DNA of 64,000 nucleotides from Podarcis pityusensis (taxonomy: Eukaryota): assembly GCA_964106645.2 (NCBI GenBank), contig OZ067044.1; one strand, given 5' to 3'. Positions 1-13,015 of the stretch are shown here, piece by piece (the stretch's first letter is position 1; each line of letters starts with the position of its first letter). The notes under the pieces are model-generated. The model ran no database searches and was not told where the DNA came from. It saw only the letters and a list, made by a program, of their open reading frames with translations. Both the position numbers and the translations under genes were made by a program.

Positions 1-774
1 CATAATATTTTTGTTATATATTCTTCAGATATAAACCACTGTTTTCATTAGCAAAGAAACTTTATGGTTGCATCTGCTGTCATGCTACTTAGAAATTAAT
101 TTATCCCAGATAACTTCCTTTTCCTTTTATTAACGTCTTGTATCTTGATCACTGTTGTTCGTAGAATAACATTTAGCCCCAACTTCAGACGCACAATTTG
201 CCATTCATATTAATTCATAACTGATCACCTGTAAATAAGATAACAACTTAGTCTGCATGGCTTGAGCATCCTAGGGTAGCTAAGTGCTCCTGGAGACGAA
301 GCCCCAAACTCTGCCCGCCGAAAAAGCTTGTTAATGGGTCCCACATGACAGAGCTATCAATTTTTTAGTATCGTATATACATGCTGTATCCATTATAACT
401 TTCAGTTAGACCTAACTGTCCAGTAGCTTGCAAGGTTTTGCTTTTATTTTCACTCTGACATGCAGACAAAATTTAATAATGTGATAATGTAGCAAAAGTA
501 TGCCTCTGAAAAAAGGAAGGACGAACATGTGACAGCAAGAATATGGCTATCTTACAAGAGAGCTGAAAAGTCTCCCCCCCCCCTTTGAACATTACTCAGT
601 TTGTTTAAATGTGCTTTGTAAGCAATGATAACTTGTCATTTTATCATTGATCTGTCCTTTCTTCTATCTCGGAGGGATTCATTAAATAATGCATGCACCC
701 CTGTGAATTACCCTTCTTCACTCTAGCATCCCTAGACCATTAGCCAAATATAGCAACACCAGCATCTTTCAACC

Positions 775-914
775 NNNNNNNNNNNNNNNNNNNNNNNNNN
801 NNNNNNNNNNNNNNNNNNNNNNNNNNNNNNNNNNNNNNNNNNNNNNNNNNNNNNNNNNNNNNNNNNNNNNNNNNNNNNNNNNNNNNNNNNNNNNNNNNNN
901 NNNNNNNNNNNNNN
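775..914. other. Assembly gap (140 N)
   Basis: Run of N. Confidence 1.
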
Positions 915-3900
915 CAATCCATCACCTTTTCTTTTCATAGAAGGTGCAATTTATTAAGTGCATTTGAAGTACCATGACAATAGATATACAGCAAAAGGAT
1001 GCAGGTCGTTGCAGTACAATTTAGAGCAAATTACATAGGAGAAAGGGGGGGGGAGGAATTAATTTTCTCCCATATTTACAATGTTTTCTGATGCATGTAT
1101 GAATGATATCACAGAGCAGCAGGGTTCTTTTTTTTAAAAAAAGGGGGTTGTATAATAAACTTTAGCCTTTCATATACTGCAACGTCAGTGGGCCAACAAG
1201 AAAATTAAAATTCCAGTTGGGCCACACTTTTGTACATTGCAGCCATGTTGATTACAATCGAAGCTCCTTTGTATAAGGCTGCAGTCTATGTTTGGGGGAA
1301 GGGAAATCTAGACACTGCAAAAGAAACTGCAATGAAGAAGCATTTATTCAGTGTGTTGGAAAAGCCTTATGATTTGAGAATATGTCCTACATGCCTATGG
1401 AATCAGCTGCATATGACGTCACACTCAATGAATGTGCAGGACAAAGCAGATGTAGCTAGTTCTCACATTGGGCAGCTAGAACTGTAGCAGTAAGAGCCCA
1501 ACATAATGTGAAGTATGTAAATCTTCCAAAAAGGGAAGGAAACAGAAATTCATCTTCCTTGTGGACACGGAAAAGAAGTCATTGGTCCCAGTGCAATCCA
1601 GACCTTCCCTTTTATCGGACCTTGTCAATACCCAATGAATTATTTAGCTGCCGTTCTGTGTTGCTGAAGGCAGGATTTCAAGAGAGCTTGTAATGCTTAA
1701 AATACATTGTCATCATTAGGTGACCTGCTTTTTCACTTCTACCAGTGGTTTCTGCATAGGAGAACAGTAGCGCGTGACAGGGGAAAGTTACAGTATAAAT
1801 GAAAGTTGCAATAGGCATGTTGCTACAAAACATAAACAGACAAAGCTTGTTACTTAAATGCTTGGGTGAGAGGGTTAGTTGCATCATTAAGACACTATGT
1901 TTAACCCGCTCTAAATCAACATATGCAAACAAAATTAATGAACAAAATACCTGCTGAAAATAAACTCAGTCAAAGGCATAGCAAACAGAAGTCTTGGAGA
2001 AAAGAATTTGAATATGCTAATCAATGCACAGTTTTTCCAACTCTGAAAATGTCTTGGTTTGTCAGTAAGAATATCTTGCTTTCTTCAGAGAACATGTGGA
2101 AGCAGACTTATGTATGCAGAGTTCATGCTGTTGTGTTTGGTGTCTGAATGTGCCTTTGCACCTGCATTCCAGTGCTCATCCCGAGACCCACAGAAGTGGC
2201 TGGATGCCTCTTTTATATAAAGGTAAAATGTGCGGCCCCATCTAGTGTTGCTACTAGAGCTAATTTGTCCATGCCCAGTCCTCTATGCTGTAGCACCCAG
2301 AGAGAGATGGGGCAAGCAATTGGACAGAGGCTCCTGTGCCCATTTTCTCTGAAGGTGGCACTGTGCGACACCCAGTGTGGGTGAGGTAGGAGCTGTTGCT
2401 ACCTTCTCTTGCTTCCTCACATCTCTCATCAACTACCAGAAATGGCAAGACTTGCAGCAGGAATCACAGGGGAACTTCCAGGAGAATTTCTGTTTGCCAG
2501 TGCCCTCGTCCACTGTGCCCACTATGATCCTTTACAGCTGTGTTTTTCAGGCTGTCTACACACCACAGACACTTAAGGAACATCCTCCTGAGAACTGTAC
2601 TTTACTCTTCACAGAGCTATAATTCCCAGCACCCTCAACAAACTACAGCTCCCAGTATTCTTTTTTGGGAGGGAGGGCATGCAGGCAGCCTCAAACTATC
2701 AGCTGGGACCCACCAATGGGCCACTTTCAGGTGATTCTCACGTGCCACAGCCTGCACAATGCCTCCTCATTTGCCTGCCTTACCCACTAGCTGTGCCATA
2801 GTCGTTTGGTTTGGGACAATGCCAGCACCAGCGACTCTTTGCATGCTGAGTAAAAGTGTCTGAGAAGCATAGGAGCTGGGCAGGGTAGGGGAAGGAAGGC
2901 TGCCCCTTTCTGAAGTAAAAAGAGGCAATGTTGGGAAGAAATCAAATTTACTTTTTACTTTTTATTTATTAATAACAGAAATAGAAAGGGAAGATTATGA
3001 GATAGGATATTGCTTGTCACAAGGAAAATGCAGTGGCAAATAATGTAGCTATTTCAAAACAAATAGATTACTGTCGCTAGAAAGTGATGTTAGTGCCTGC
3101 AAGCTGATTATACCAAATTCTGCCTCCATCTGCCACCATTTTGTGACTGGTGGGCCTATGTAATTTTCTGCTAAGTGGGCCTTGTGAGTAGAAAGTTTGA
3201 GAGCCCCTTTTTACTATCTCCGTTGTAAGGCAAGGGAATGGAGGAAGGATGGCTATTTACTGTTTTCTGTCTGATTGCCTCTTTTCACTAGCAGCAGCTG
3301 CTGATCGGCTGCTTTTCCTCCAAGTGAAAAGTGGTAATGTTAAGCATCCTTTAAAAAAAGAAAGAAGTGTGCTTAATGTGCAGCTTGACCCTGACATTGG
3401 CCAAAGGGTATCTTCCTGCAGCCTTTCAAATGTGCATATTAAGAAGCAATATGCACAGATGTATGCACACATCTATAATGGGCACGGACTCATATGGCAG
3501 GATAGAGTAGTGTGGAGCCAAAGGTTCAAACTTACTCTTGAGAATTTTGACCGAATTTTCATTCCAAGGTCAAAAAAAGCAAGACAGTGTCAGAATTAGC
3601 TAAAACAGCATCAATCATTTAGAAACCTATTCAGAGAGCTACTTACCAGTAAGGTGATATGTCTCTGCAAAACACAATTCTTTGCCTTACATTTTGCATT
3701 CATTCATCTGGATGCTGCGTGTATCTAATCCCTTTGCTTTTTAAAATTAATTTGTTTACTTTAAAAAGAAAACAGCTTTTCTGCGCATAATTTCCAGTGA
3801 GGGAACTTTATTACCCTCCTTTGGCTTTTCTCTACTCACGGCTTCCTGGTCACAGAAAAAGGTAGCTATCAGGTGCTATGATCCCAAATAGGTGTTCTAA

Positions 3901-4911
3901 AAATGATTGGGGAAATTTGATGGTGCCTCGGTTTTATATAACATGTAAAATATCAATTTATCAATGACATGCGGTAGTATTTTTAAGCATAGATAGGTGT
4001 TGAGGGTTATATCCATGTGGATATTATTACATTTGTTCCAAATAGATTTATTACTAGGAGATCATATTGGTTGGGATTCAACACACAAAAATAAATAACA
4101 TGGATCTAAAACTGGCTAAAACCTAACTCCTCCCCCCCCCCCCGTGCTAATATGAAGGGTCTAGCTGCACATACCCAGTTACAATGCCCTTGTTGAAGCC
4201 ATTTTACAAAGTGCAAGATTGCATCAGCCATATCTTCTCTGGGATTTGACTCAATGCCAGCACACTGTATGTGTTCTTCAGCATCAGGAAGACCGGCCTG
4301 AAAGAGCAAGAGTCATAGCCTGCTTCTCTGTCCCCTCTCTCTTTTTGAAAATAACACTGATCCTATGAGGGCATTTGAGATGTGCAAACATTTCAGGACT
4401 AGTGGAAAACTGAACCGAATAGGACCCATTTCTAGTTATTCTTAAATGAATGACAAGTAGAACAAATGGGTAAATATGGCAAATGTTAGATCCCAGACAC
4501 AAGGAGCCCTGGGATGTGTTGTTCTCCAGATTTTTGATGTTAAGGACTCTGATGCTCAGGACATTTCCCAGAGTCCCTGAAAAATGTTGATTTTGCAGCA
4601 TTTGGAGCACCAGAGGGAAGGGAATGAGCAAAAGTCTTGCAAAGAACAATGAAGGTGCATCTGGAGGCTATCTGGAGATGCTGAAGTATGATGCTCCGAG
4701 TCAGGATGGAATTCCCTTTACTGTATAAAGTTTTGCTAAGTCACAGTTAAGGTGAGGGGTCTGAGCTGTCCGCAGGACTTCTCTAGTATTGAGTCATACA
4801 ACCCCCAGTGGCAGCAGCATCCCTTTTAGCCTGGGAGCTCTCCTAGGTCCTAGAGAGTTCAGTCTATGCTACTATCTTATGCACACCATACATTTAAAAT
4901 ACTTTTTAAGG

Positions 4912-5030
4912 AAAGTTTTTAATATTTAATGCTGTATTGTTTTTAACACTTGATTGGGAGCCACTCAGAGTGGCTGGGGAAACTCAGCCAGATGGGCGGG
5001 GTATAAATAATAAATTATTATATTATTATT
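4912..5030 (+). mobile_element. 3' end of an L2-type LINE or related SINE with (TTA)n tail
   Basis: GCCACTCAGAGTGGCTGGGGAAACTCAGCCAGATGGGCGGGGTATAAATAATAAA terminal hairpin region. A closely similar reverse-complement copy lies at 35819-35953. Confidence 0.7.
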
Positions 5031-6939
5031 ATATTTAAAGCACACATACACCCTAGAATCCTGGCAACTGTAGTTCATCCGTCACAGAGCTACAACTCCC
5101 AGCATCCTTAACAAATTGGTTTCCAAGATTTGGGGTGGAGGATGTATGGAAGCCTTAATCTAACTTCCTGGAATCCAGTCTGTTGCTTGATGCCCGGTGC
5201 TGAATCACACCAGTGTCTCACAGGCTCTCTACCTGGTCAGTTAAAAAAATAGATAGACAAGTTAAGACAGGGAGGAAATATTGTCTTGTTGCTGTGAAAA
5301 AGAAACATTTCAAATCAGTTAGGGTTGCTGTGTCTGCTGAAAATGGGATCTCCCATCCCTAGCTATAGGGGAATTAGCAGAAATAGGCTCCTTCCTGTGT
5401 TCATCCAGCTGGAGTCTGTGCTGGATTGCATTCCCTGCTGTGGGTGGAAGGGCAATTCAGGATCCAACCCTTAGCTTATCTGCTTGACTCAAAATGGACG
5501 ATGATGGCCAAGCCATAATGGCGAGCAGCTACACATGGACACTGCACCGATTAATTTTTACAGGCATCTGCATAGCATTCTGTGCATGCATGACGGGTCT
5601 ATTGTCACACACCCACGCCTTCACTCTGTTTTGAGCAGATGAGTTAAAAAAAGCACCACGTTAACAGGATGCAAGTTTATTCCTTACATTATTTATGCAA
5701 AACAAGTGGCAAGATGCCCGAGGCTTTATAACAATACCTCATTAGTTACAATCAATGTAAGCACCTCTGTATTGCTTGCAATTATGAATCCTGTTACTGT
5801 ACTTTATGATCTGCTCAACATATCTCTAAATAATACAGTAGAAGCATAAGTATCTGTTGTTTATGCTTGGTTTCTTTCAGTAGCATATTATAATAATTAC
5901 TCAATTCCCCAATTAAAGTGAAAATATAATCTTAATTTTGCTTGTTTTACGGACTGAAGATCTAATTCAGGATAATTTAAGCATTTGTGCTTCTGACTGA
6001 GTACCAGTGTACAGTTTGTATATAGGATATACAAACTTTTTTCTCAGAGTAGCATTGGACACTTTCCAAGTTTAGAGTATATGCTAGTTGAAAAGGAAAA
6101 TGTTTGTGTTAGCTACAATTATTAAAAGATAGTTTTTGTTGGATAATTAACCAATTCCCACTTTTAATCACTTTTAACTGTTTTTCCGAGAGAATCTCTG
6201 TTGAAGTGAAATGCTGATATCAAACCAGCTGAGTTTTGTTTGTCTTCAGTGTGACTAAATTAGAACTCAGCTCCAAAAATGAAACAATTGATGACTCAGC
6301 TGATCTAAAACCATTGGATTTCATCTACTGATTGCCACTTGCTCTGCATCAGAACCCATCGGTCCATGGGGAGAAATAATTTTCAGAAAATGCTGACTGT
6401 TAATGCATAGAGGCGTGTAGCAGATGACTCAATGATCCCAAACATTCAGGATATTTACTTAATTTCTTTATTTTCAAGATGTCTAGACCACCATTCTGAC
6501 CAAAATTATGCAAGGCAGTTTACAATAGCGTGAAATCAATAACAATAAAAATCAAGGCATATGACCACAATATAAAGCATCACTCTTAAATGACCAAAAC
6601 GATAATGCAGCACCTGCCAATAAACCCATACTTGTCACAGTCAAAATATGAAAAAGGGTGGTGGAATAAAAATGTTCATTGCATGCCAAATGCTATAAGT
6701 GAGCTGGCCTAGCAGGCCTCCCAGGAGGGACACTTTAAAGCAACAATAGCATCATGGAAGAAATCTTGCTTTTTGCTTGATCCTAAAAAGGTCTTGCCCA
6801 GCAGATTGTCAGCACCTCAAGTGCTCACATGGCAGAAGACATTCAAGGTTTGCTTGTTCAGGTCATTTAATGGCAAAGCGAAAAACCAGTGCAGCCGAAC
6901 AGGAATGTAAGTATGTTGGAAGCTGCCAAATAGTGTTGG

Positions 6940-7078
6940 AACAGTGGTCCATCTTCCTCAGTATTGTTTACCCTGACTGACACACAATCTCCAGGGTTTC
7001 AGACAGCAGTCTTACCCATCCCGTCCTGCAGATGCCGGTTATTCAGCATGTGACCTTCTGCAAGCTCTGTTACTGAGG
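6940..7078 (-). mobile_element. Degenerate tRNA-derived SINE (Squam3-like)
   Basis: Aligns by eye with the copy at 60727-60910. Confidence 0.6.
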
Positions 7079-7107
7079 ACCAAACTAGGTTGGTGTTAAA
7101 TATGTCT

Positions 7108-7170
7108 TTGCACAGGGGGTTGGACTAGATGACCCTTGAGATCCTTTCCAACTCTACAATTCTATGATTT
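7108..7170 (+). mobile_element. CR1 LINE 3' end
   Basis: GGGGTTGGACTAGATGACC...TTCCAACTCTACAATTCTATGATT, the CR1 terminal hairpin plus ATTCTRTG tail. Confidence 0.85.
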
Positions 7171-8654
7171 AATGTACACATTTTTATTTAAAAAATAAAA
7201 TATAAATTGCTGTGGGGTGATAATTATCAGCATTATAGCAGGTACTGCAGTCCTGACAAAAAGTGCTGCTGCTATTTGCACTGGGAGGAAGTCCTGCACT
7301 GGCACTAATATTTAAGTAAGTGGGATGTAACTGCTGCTGTTGAATTATGGGAAGGGGGATGAAGGAAAGAAGGCCCCAATTTTATTTTGTGATACCTGTC
7401 CTAGCAGCTGCTTTTAACAGGGACAAAGTGGGAGGTGATTTGGCTAAAGTTGGGGATATCAGATGGTCAGACTCGTGGATTTCATTAAGAGCCCAGTGAC
7501 ATTTCCCCAACAATTCAAAAACTCTGATTGTTTTGTTTTTTTACACACATACATACATAAAATCAAATACAAAAGTTAACCATGTTGAATTGATAGTGTG
7601 CATATTTTTTTTAACTATCTTCAAAGATACTGTATGTGAAAATAGCAAAGAGGTGAGGTTTTCATTCTGCAGCCTTCCCAGTAGCCTATGCTTCCTGAAA
7701 GCCTCATGACGTCCACTGCTGGGCTTTCCTGTAAGCATGGGAAGCCAGGGAGCCTGTCTACCTGTGTTTCAGATGGTCCTCTGTTAGTGCTGTTGTTGAG
7801 AGTGGAGTCTTTTCACCGTTAAGGAAATCATTGCAGAAAGTGTTTTTGTCTTTCTTTAAAGGTAAAAGGGAAGTGTTGGCTGGCTGCTAGCTGCAAGAGC
7901 CTGGGAGGCATTTCGCTCCAGTATTGACTATGGTTTATTTTGCAATAAAAGCAAGGAGGCTGCTGGATGCCTGCCTGGTGGAAATTGGTCACCTCAACTG
8001 AGATGATGTTGCAATTGACATGCACAGGACCTCAGGCAATGAAACCCTGTCAAGCCAGTATTACAACAGGGCATCGCTCCAGAGATGAGGCCGGTCTAAA
8101 TTTAATTTAATCATGCTAACTAAAGAGTGCATAACACTATTGGCCTCCACAAAAGAAAACTCTGCAGGGTGGGGACCCCATCCTGCCAATAAGTGCATAG
8201 TTACACCGTGCTGCAAGAAAGGCTGCCCAGGAATTACACCTCCCTATAGCAAATCAATTTTGGAATTCGCTTCAGAGATTTTGTTTAGGGCAGTATATAA
8301 ACACCAGGCTTCGCAGCCAAATTCTTCAGTTTGCTGCTTGAAACCACTCATACTGAAATCATTTTATTTCAGCATGGAACTAGGGGACTGATTCCATTCT
8401 CTTCTGCAGCTTTTCCTCAACTACCTCCAGTTTTCTGCCTGCCTGGATCCCTACTTGTTGGTGGTCCTTGCTGGTGGTCAAGAGTCCTTTTAAGGGCTCC
8501 CTTTCAGTTGCTGCATCTCTGGATCCTAGCTTGCTGAAGCAGAAATCTTTGCTCCTTGTTATCAGGCATCACTGTACTTCCCTTTCGCACCTACTAAAAA
8601 CAATTTTGTTTTGCCAAGTCTATCCAGATATGTAGAATGTTGACGTCCTACACC

Positions 8655-8997
8655 TTCCTTATGAAGAGCGGCGTCAACTCTTTGTCTTATTCTTCTCCCT
8701 TCTCCCTGTTGCTGTCCTATGCCTTCAGCTTGACTGAATATGGTGTATGCTTCCATTCAAAGAGCAACAGGGGTCTGTTCAACCTGGCACATCCCCACTC
8801 GAAGACAAAACTGTGGTGGGTTCTTATCTGAGAGATGATGTTTGCAGATGACGCAGCCTTGACAGCGCACTCCAAGGAAGCTCTACAGAGACTCGTGCCC
8901 AAGCCTGCATGGAGTTCGGGCTCACCATCAGCCTGACAAAGAGCAATGTCCTAGGTCAAGACATCACCAGCACTCCACACATCAGCATTGGTGACTG
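8655..8997 (+). mobile_element. RTE-clade (non-BovB) LINE reverse transcriptase fragment, disrupted
   Basis: Reads ...SLLLSYAF...GLFNLA...LI*EMMFADDAALTAHSKEALQRL / EFGLTISLTKSNVLGQD. FADD at 8841-8852; stop and frameshifts present. Confidence 0.85.
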
Positions 8998-9286
8998 CTC
9001 TCTGAGTAGCTCATTCTTTTTAAAAAAACACCATTGCCTTACACAGACCACTTGTTACTCACCCATCTTTCTCCTATGCCTTGTGTACGCCCTGTGTATT
9101 TGTTTGCTTCTTGTGTGTGCATGTTAATGTAGTCCTAGTTAGATTTACCTAATCCTCTCAGTCCAAGGAAGTGTGTGTGTACACACACATATAGTTGCCT
9201 CATTAAACATGTGGGTGGAATTCAGTGCAGTGCTAAGTGGGGTAGACGTGAGTAGAACAATTATTACTGCAGAGTACACAAGAACA

Positions 9287-9610
9287 GGGACGTGGGTGGT
9301 GCTGTGGGTTAAACCACAGAGCCTAGGACTTGCCGATCAGAAGGTCGGCGGTTCGAATCCCTGCAACAAGGTGAGCTCCTGCCAACCTAGCAGTTTGAAA
9401 GCACGTCAAAGTGCAAGTAGATAAATAGGTACCGCTCCGGTGGGAAGGTAAATGGCATTTCCGTGCGCTGCTCTGGTTCGCCAGAAGCGACTTATTCATG
9501 CTCGCCACAAGACCCGGAAGCTGTACACCCTTGGCCAATAAAGTGAGATGAGCGCCGCAACCCCAGAGTCGGCCATGACTGGACCTAATGGTCAGGGGTC
9601 CCTTTACCTT
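9287..9610 (+). mobile_element. Full-length Sauria SINE (POM/lacertid type)
   Basis: tRNA-like head with B-box GGTTCGAATCC, (ACCTTT) tail, perfect 12-bp TSD TACACAAGAACA at 9275-9286 and 9611-9622. Confidence 0.93.
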
Positions 9611-9622
9611 TACACAAGAACA

Positions 9623-9930
9623 CTGGATAGCAAATCAGATCATTGGTCCCTCTAATTCAGTATTGCCTAAACCAGGCACCCCCAAAGTTGGCCCTCCTGC
9701 TGTTTTGGGACTACAACTCCCATCATCCCTAGCTAACAGGACCAGTGGTCAGGGATGATGGGAACTGTAGTCCAAAAACAGCTTGGGTGTGCCTGGCCTA
9801 AACTGACTTGCTGTGGGTCTCCAGGATTTCAGGTGGAGACATGCCCAATCCTACCTGGAGATGACAGGGATTGAACCTGCAACATTTTGCATACAGAGCA
9901 TGTGCTCTACCACTGACACACAGCTCCTCT
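9623..9930 (-). mobile_element. Squam3-like tRNA-derived SINE interrupted by a MITE
   Basis: Reverse complement carries the A-box TCAGTGGTAGAGC and B-box GGTTCAATCC followed by TCTCCAGGTAGG. Confidence 0.75.
9673..9795. mobile_element. Palindromic hAT-type MITE
   Basis: Termini CAGGCA...TGCCTG, internal inverted repeat GGACTACAACTCCCATCATCCCT / AGGGATGATGGGAACTGTAGTCC, perfect 8-bp TSD GCCTAAAC (9665-9672, 9796-9803). Confidence 0.9.
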
Positions 9931-12471
9931 CCCTTGTAGTCCACACTGAGACATGCTGGCTGGTCTAAAGTCAGCCATTGTGTTGCATAATCAAATGGAG
10001 ATTTGAAAGCAGGTCTCCCTGGATTTAGCACACTACACGAAACTGTGGTTCTTCAACATTTTCACTAGTACTAGCATGCATTTTGGCATAGGGCCCCATG
10101 CTACTGTAAACTAGAAAAACATGGGCTTTAAACAAAGTGAGTAAATACTGTATTAGAAACTGGGCTAAATTATCCCCTTAATATTGCCGAAAGAGTATTG
10201 TGCTGTATGAAGCAAAGTTATCGAAAGTTTCACGTTTTAATCCGTAACTTTAAGTTCTGTTTAGTTTGCCCCCGCCTAGGAGTTTCTGTTTGGGAATGAA
10301 TTCATATCTCACTGGCCAAGAAAAGAAAGTGAACAGCCTTCCGATTAGGCCTCAGCTAATTGGCGCTCTATAGATCAGCCAGCAGGGGATGACATGATAG
10401 CAGCACTACTATTATCCTTCTCCTTGCTTCTCAGTGATTTGTTTTCCTGAGGTAACTTGAATCCTAGACAGTCTCTATCAGCACAGTTAACAGCTTTTAT
10501 TTTACAAATACTGAAGGAAATGTCATTTCCAGTTGTAGTTTGTCGTTTTATTTAGTCTTGTTCATCTAAACTAATAACCTGCAAGAGAATAAAACTCCAT
10601 ACTTCAAGGCAGAATCCCTGATTTTTATATGATACTTCCTGAAACTGGTTTTATAGAAACATAAAAACAATTCACATTGATTATAAGAAAGGACATGCCA
10701 TTTAGAATTCTTAAATGGACCCATTTGCAAACAAAATTAAGACACTCATATTTGGCAAAATAATAATCATTTCCATATAATTTATTTCATATTCTGTCAT
10801 ATAAACTTATTGTGTTGGCAAAATGGCTGGGGATATGACTGAAGCAAAAGAAGTGGGAATATAATTGAAGGTCAGTATAAATATACAAATAATCCCCCCC
10901 CCCGAAATTTATGCCACCTCGTTCTCAACTGCAAAACAAATTTCCAGGTAAATTTTGTTCTGCTTGTTGCGCCTGAAAAAAACAGTTTCTCATAACAGGG
11001 TTAAATCTTTATTTATTTCTATATAATCCGAAATGGCTGGGGTTATTAGAAGGATATATTAATAGAACTGTCTCTCGAGTGCTTATTTATTATTTTGTCT
11101 AATTTTTAGTACCATGAAAGTATGGTACTAAATAAGATCTTAACCTTTGTTTACATTTGAGCTGGAAAAGGTACCTCTTTTAAGTAAAACAAACCAAAGC
11201 TGTTGCTTTTATTACCAAATAACACACAGTCCAGTTTCCTCACCTCCTAGAGCACTAAAGTAAAATTCAGTGGCATTAGGCTACTTGATCTCTTGCAACC
11301 GTAAGTTAAGGAAAGGTTTTTTCCCTTCTCTCTCTATTTTTTTAATATAAATGTTTGTGTGTGTGTAATATGTATGTATATGTATAAATGTACTGTGTAC
11401 AGGTTGTATACTTACTGACATTGCTTAATATAAGCCTCAAGAATGCAAATACTCCTCAGTGTGTTTCCAATAGCAATGTGATTGTAGTGTTCTGTGGATT
11501 AAGTTACCAGCCCTTTGAATTCTGACCTTCAGTCTAAAACAGCTTTAGAGGTTACTCTTTTTCCGATTTGTGAGACTGAAGAAAAAGAGCTAATGCTGCT
11601 GGAACGAAGGAGGAGGGGTAAAACTTTGAAGCTGCTGGATTCCTCCACCCCTACCATTGTTCTCCAATTATAACTCGTTAGATTTTTTTTCATTATTATT
11701 AAAAAATTTAAAGGAGAAATTTCAGCCACTGTGCAATCATTACACTTTAACTCTGAGATCAAATCCTGCTTGCACTGACTTTGGTTGGAATTTTGACATT
11801 GTATTCAATGGCAAACTAATGGATCTCTGGTAAATACAATTAAAATAATATTACGTATATGATATGAAGTACTGAAGTGAGTGACTGCGGTTAATTGGAG
11901 TTAACCAATTAATAGGTGGGGGGAAGTATACAGCAAGTGATCCATCTAACTATACTTTTAATACATACAGACATCCTCCTTTGTCATTTACAGTTGACAC
12001 TTCTGCAAGATGGTGTTGTTCATCCACCCCAAAACAAACAATAACCAGGCATGAACCATCCAAACTGAAATGATTGGTTGCAATAGCAGCAAATTAAGCA
12101 TGTGCTTTTCTCCACCATGTGCTGCAATACAGACTACATTGAAAGATCAATGACATTGCTGCATTGGATCTGGGTTGTGTGGTTGTGCATCTCCCACCCC
12201 CACCCCCCAAGCCCCACAATTTGATTCAGAGTCTGATTCAGCTATTTATACCAGCCCTAACTCGGGCAATCAGGATCCAGCCTGACCTGACACACAAATC
12301 CAAACCACAGTGGAGGAAAAAACAAATCAGCTGAAATGCCATTGACTTGGAATGGGAAACCAAAACAGCCATAACTTTCTTTGTTTTTAACATTGGTGCA
12401 TGGACTTGGGATATACAGTTGCTCCTCAAGAAGGGGTTAATCCTGTCAAATTTCAAAATGGGTAGTTCCAG

Positions 12472-12497
12472 GTGTGTGTGTGTGTGTGTGTGTGTGT
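12472..12497. repeat. (GT)n microsatellite
   Basis: Read directly. Confidence 0.95.
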
Positions 12498-12579
12498 ATT
12501 CAAAAATAAAAATAAAAAATACACTCATGTATGTATTTTTGCATTGCATGTGTGCTGCTTGTGCACTGACTGTGTACAA

Positions 12580-12832
12580 CATAGGTAGGCAAACTAAGGC
12601 CCGGGGGCTGGATCAGGCCCAATCGCCTTCTAAATCTGGCCCATGGACGGTCTGGGAATCAGGGTGTTTTTACATGAGTAGAATGTGTCCTTTCATTTAA
12701 AATGCATCTCTGGGTTATTTGTGGGGCATAGGAATTCGTTCATTTTTTTTCCTTCCAAAATATAGTCCGGCCCCCCACAAGGTCTGAGGGACAGTGGACC
12801 GGCCCCCTGCTGAAAAAGTTTGCTGGCCCCTG
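12580..12832. mobile_element. Non-autonomous hAT-Charlie element (OC1/OposCharlie-like)
   Basis: Imperfect 16-bp TIRs (CATAGGTAGGCAAACT versus CAGGGGCCAGCAAACT), perfect 8-bp TSD GTGTACAA (12572-12579, 12833-12840). Family name from recall. Confidence 0.85.
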
Positions 12833-12864
12833 GTGTACAATGTACTCACAAGAGTACTAATAAA

Positions 12865-13015
12865 CAGGAGGATGGAAACAAGAGAATGGGCCTTTTCTGC
12901 AGTGGCTCCCCATTTGTGGAATGCTTTCCCCAGGAAGGTTTGGCTGGTGCCTTCATTATAGACCTTTTAGGCTCCAGGAGAAAATGTCCCTCTTTAACCA
13001 GGCCTTTGGCTGATT
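12865..13015 (+). mobile_element. L2 LINE ORF2 C-terminal remnant
   Basis: GCCTTTTCTGCAGTGGCTCCCCATTTGTGGAATGC encodes AFSAVAPHLWNA, the typical L2 terminal motif. Confidence 0.7.

Noticed and set aside
732-938. ORFs containing long X runs (also 22344-22827)
   Set aside because: Artefacts of N gaps.
9287-9362. tRNA-like A/B boxes here and at about 9860-9925 and 60840-60910
   Set aside because: SINE heads that continue into SINE bodies; no intact cloverleaf.
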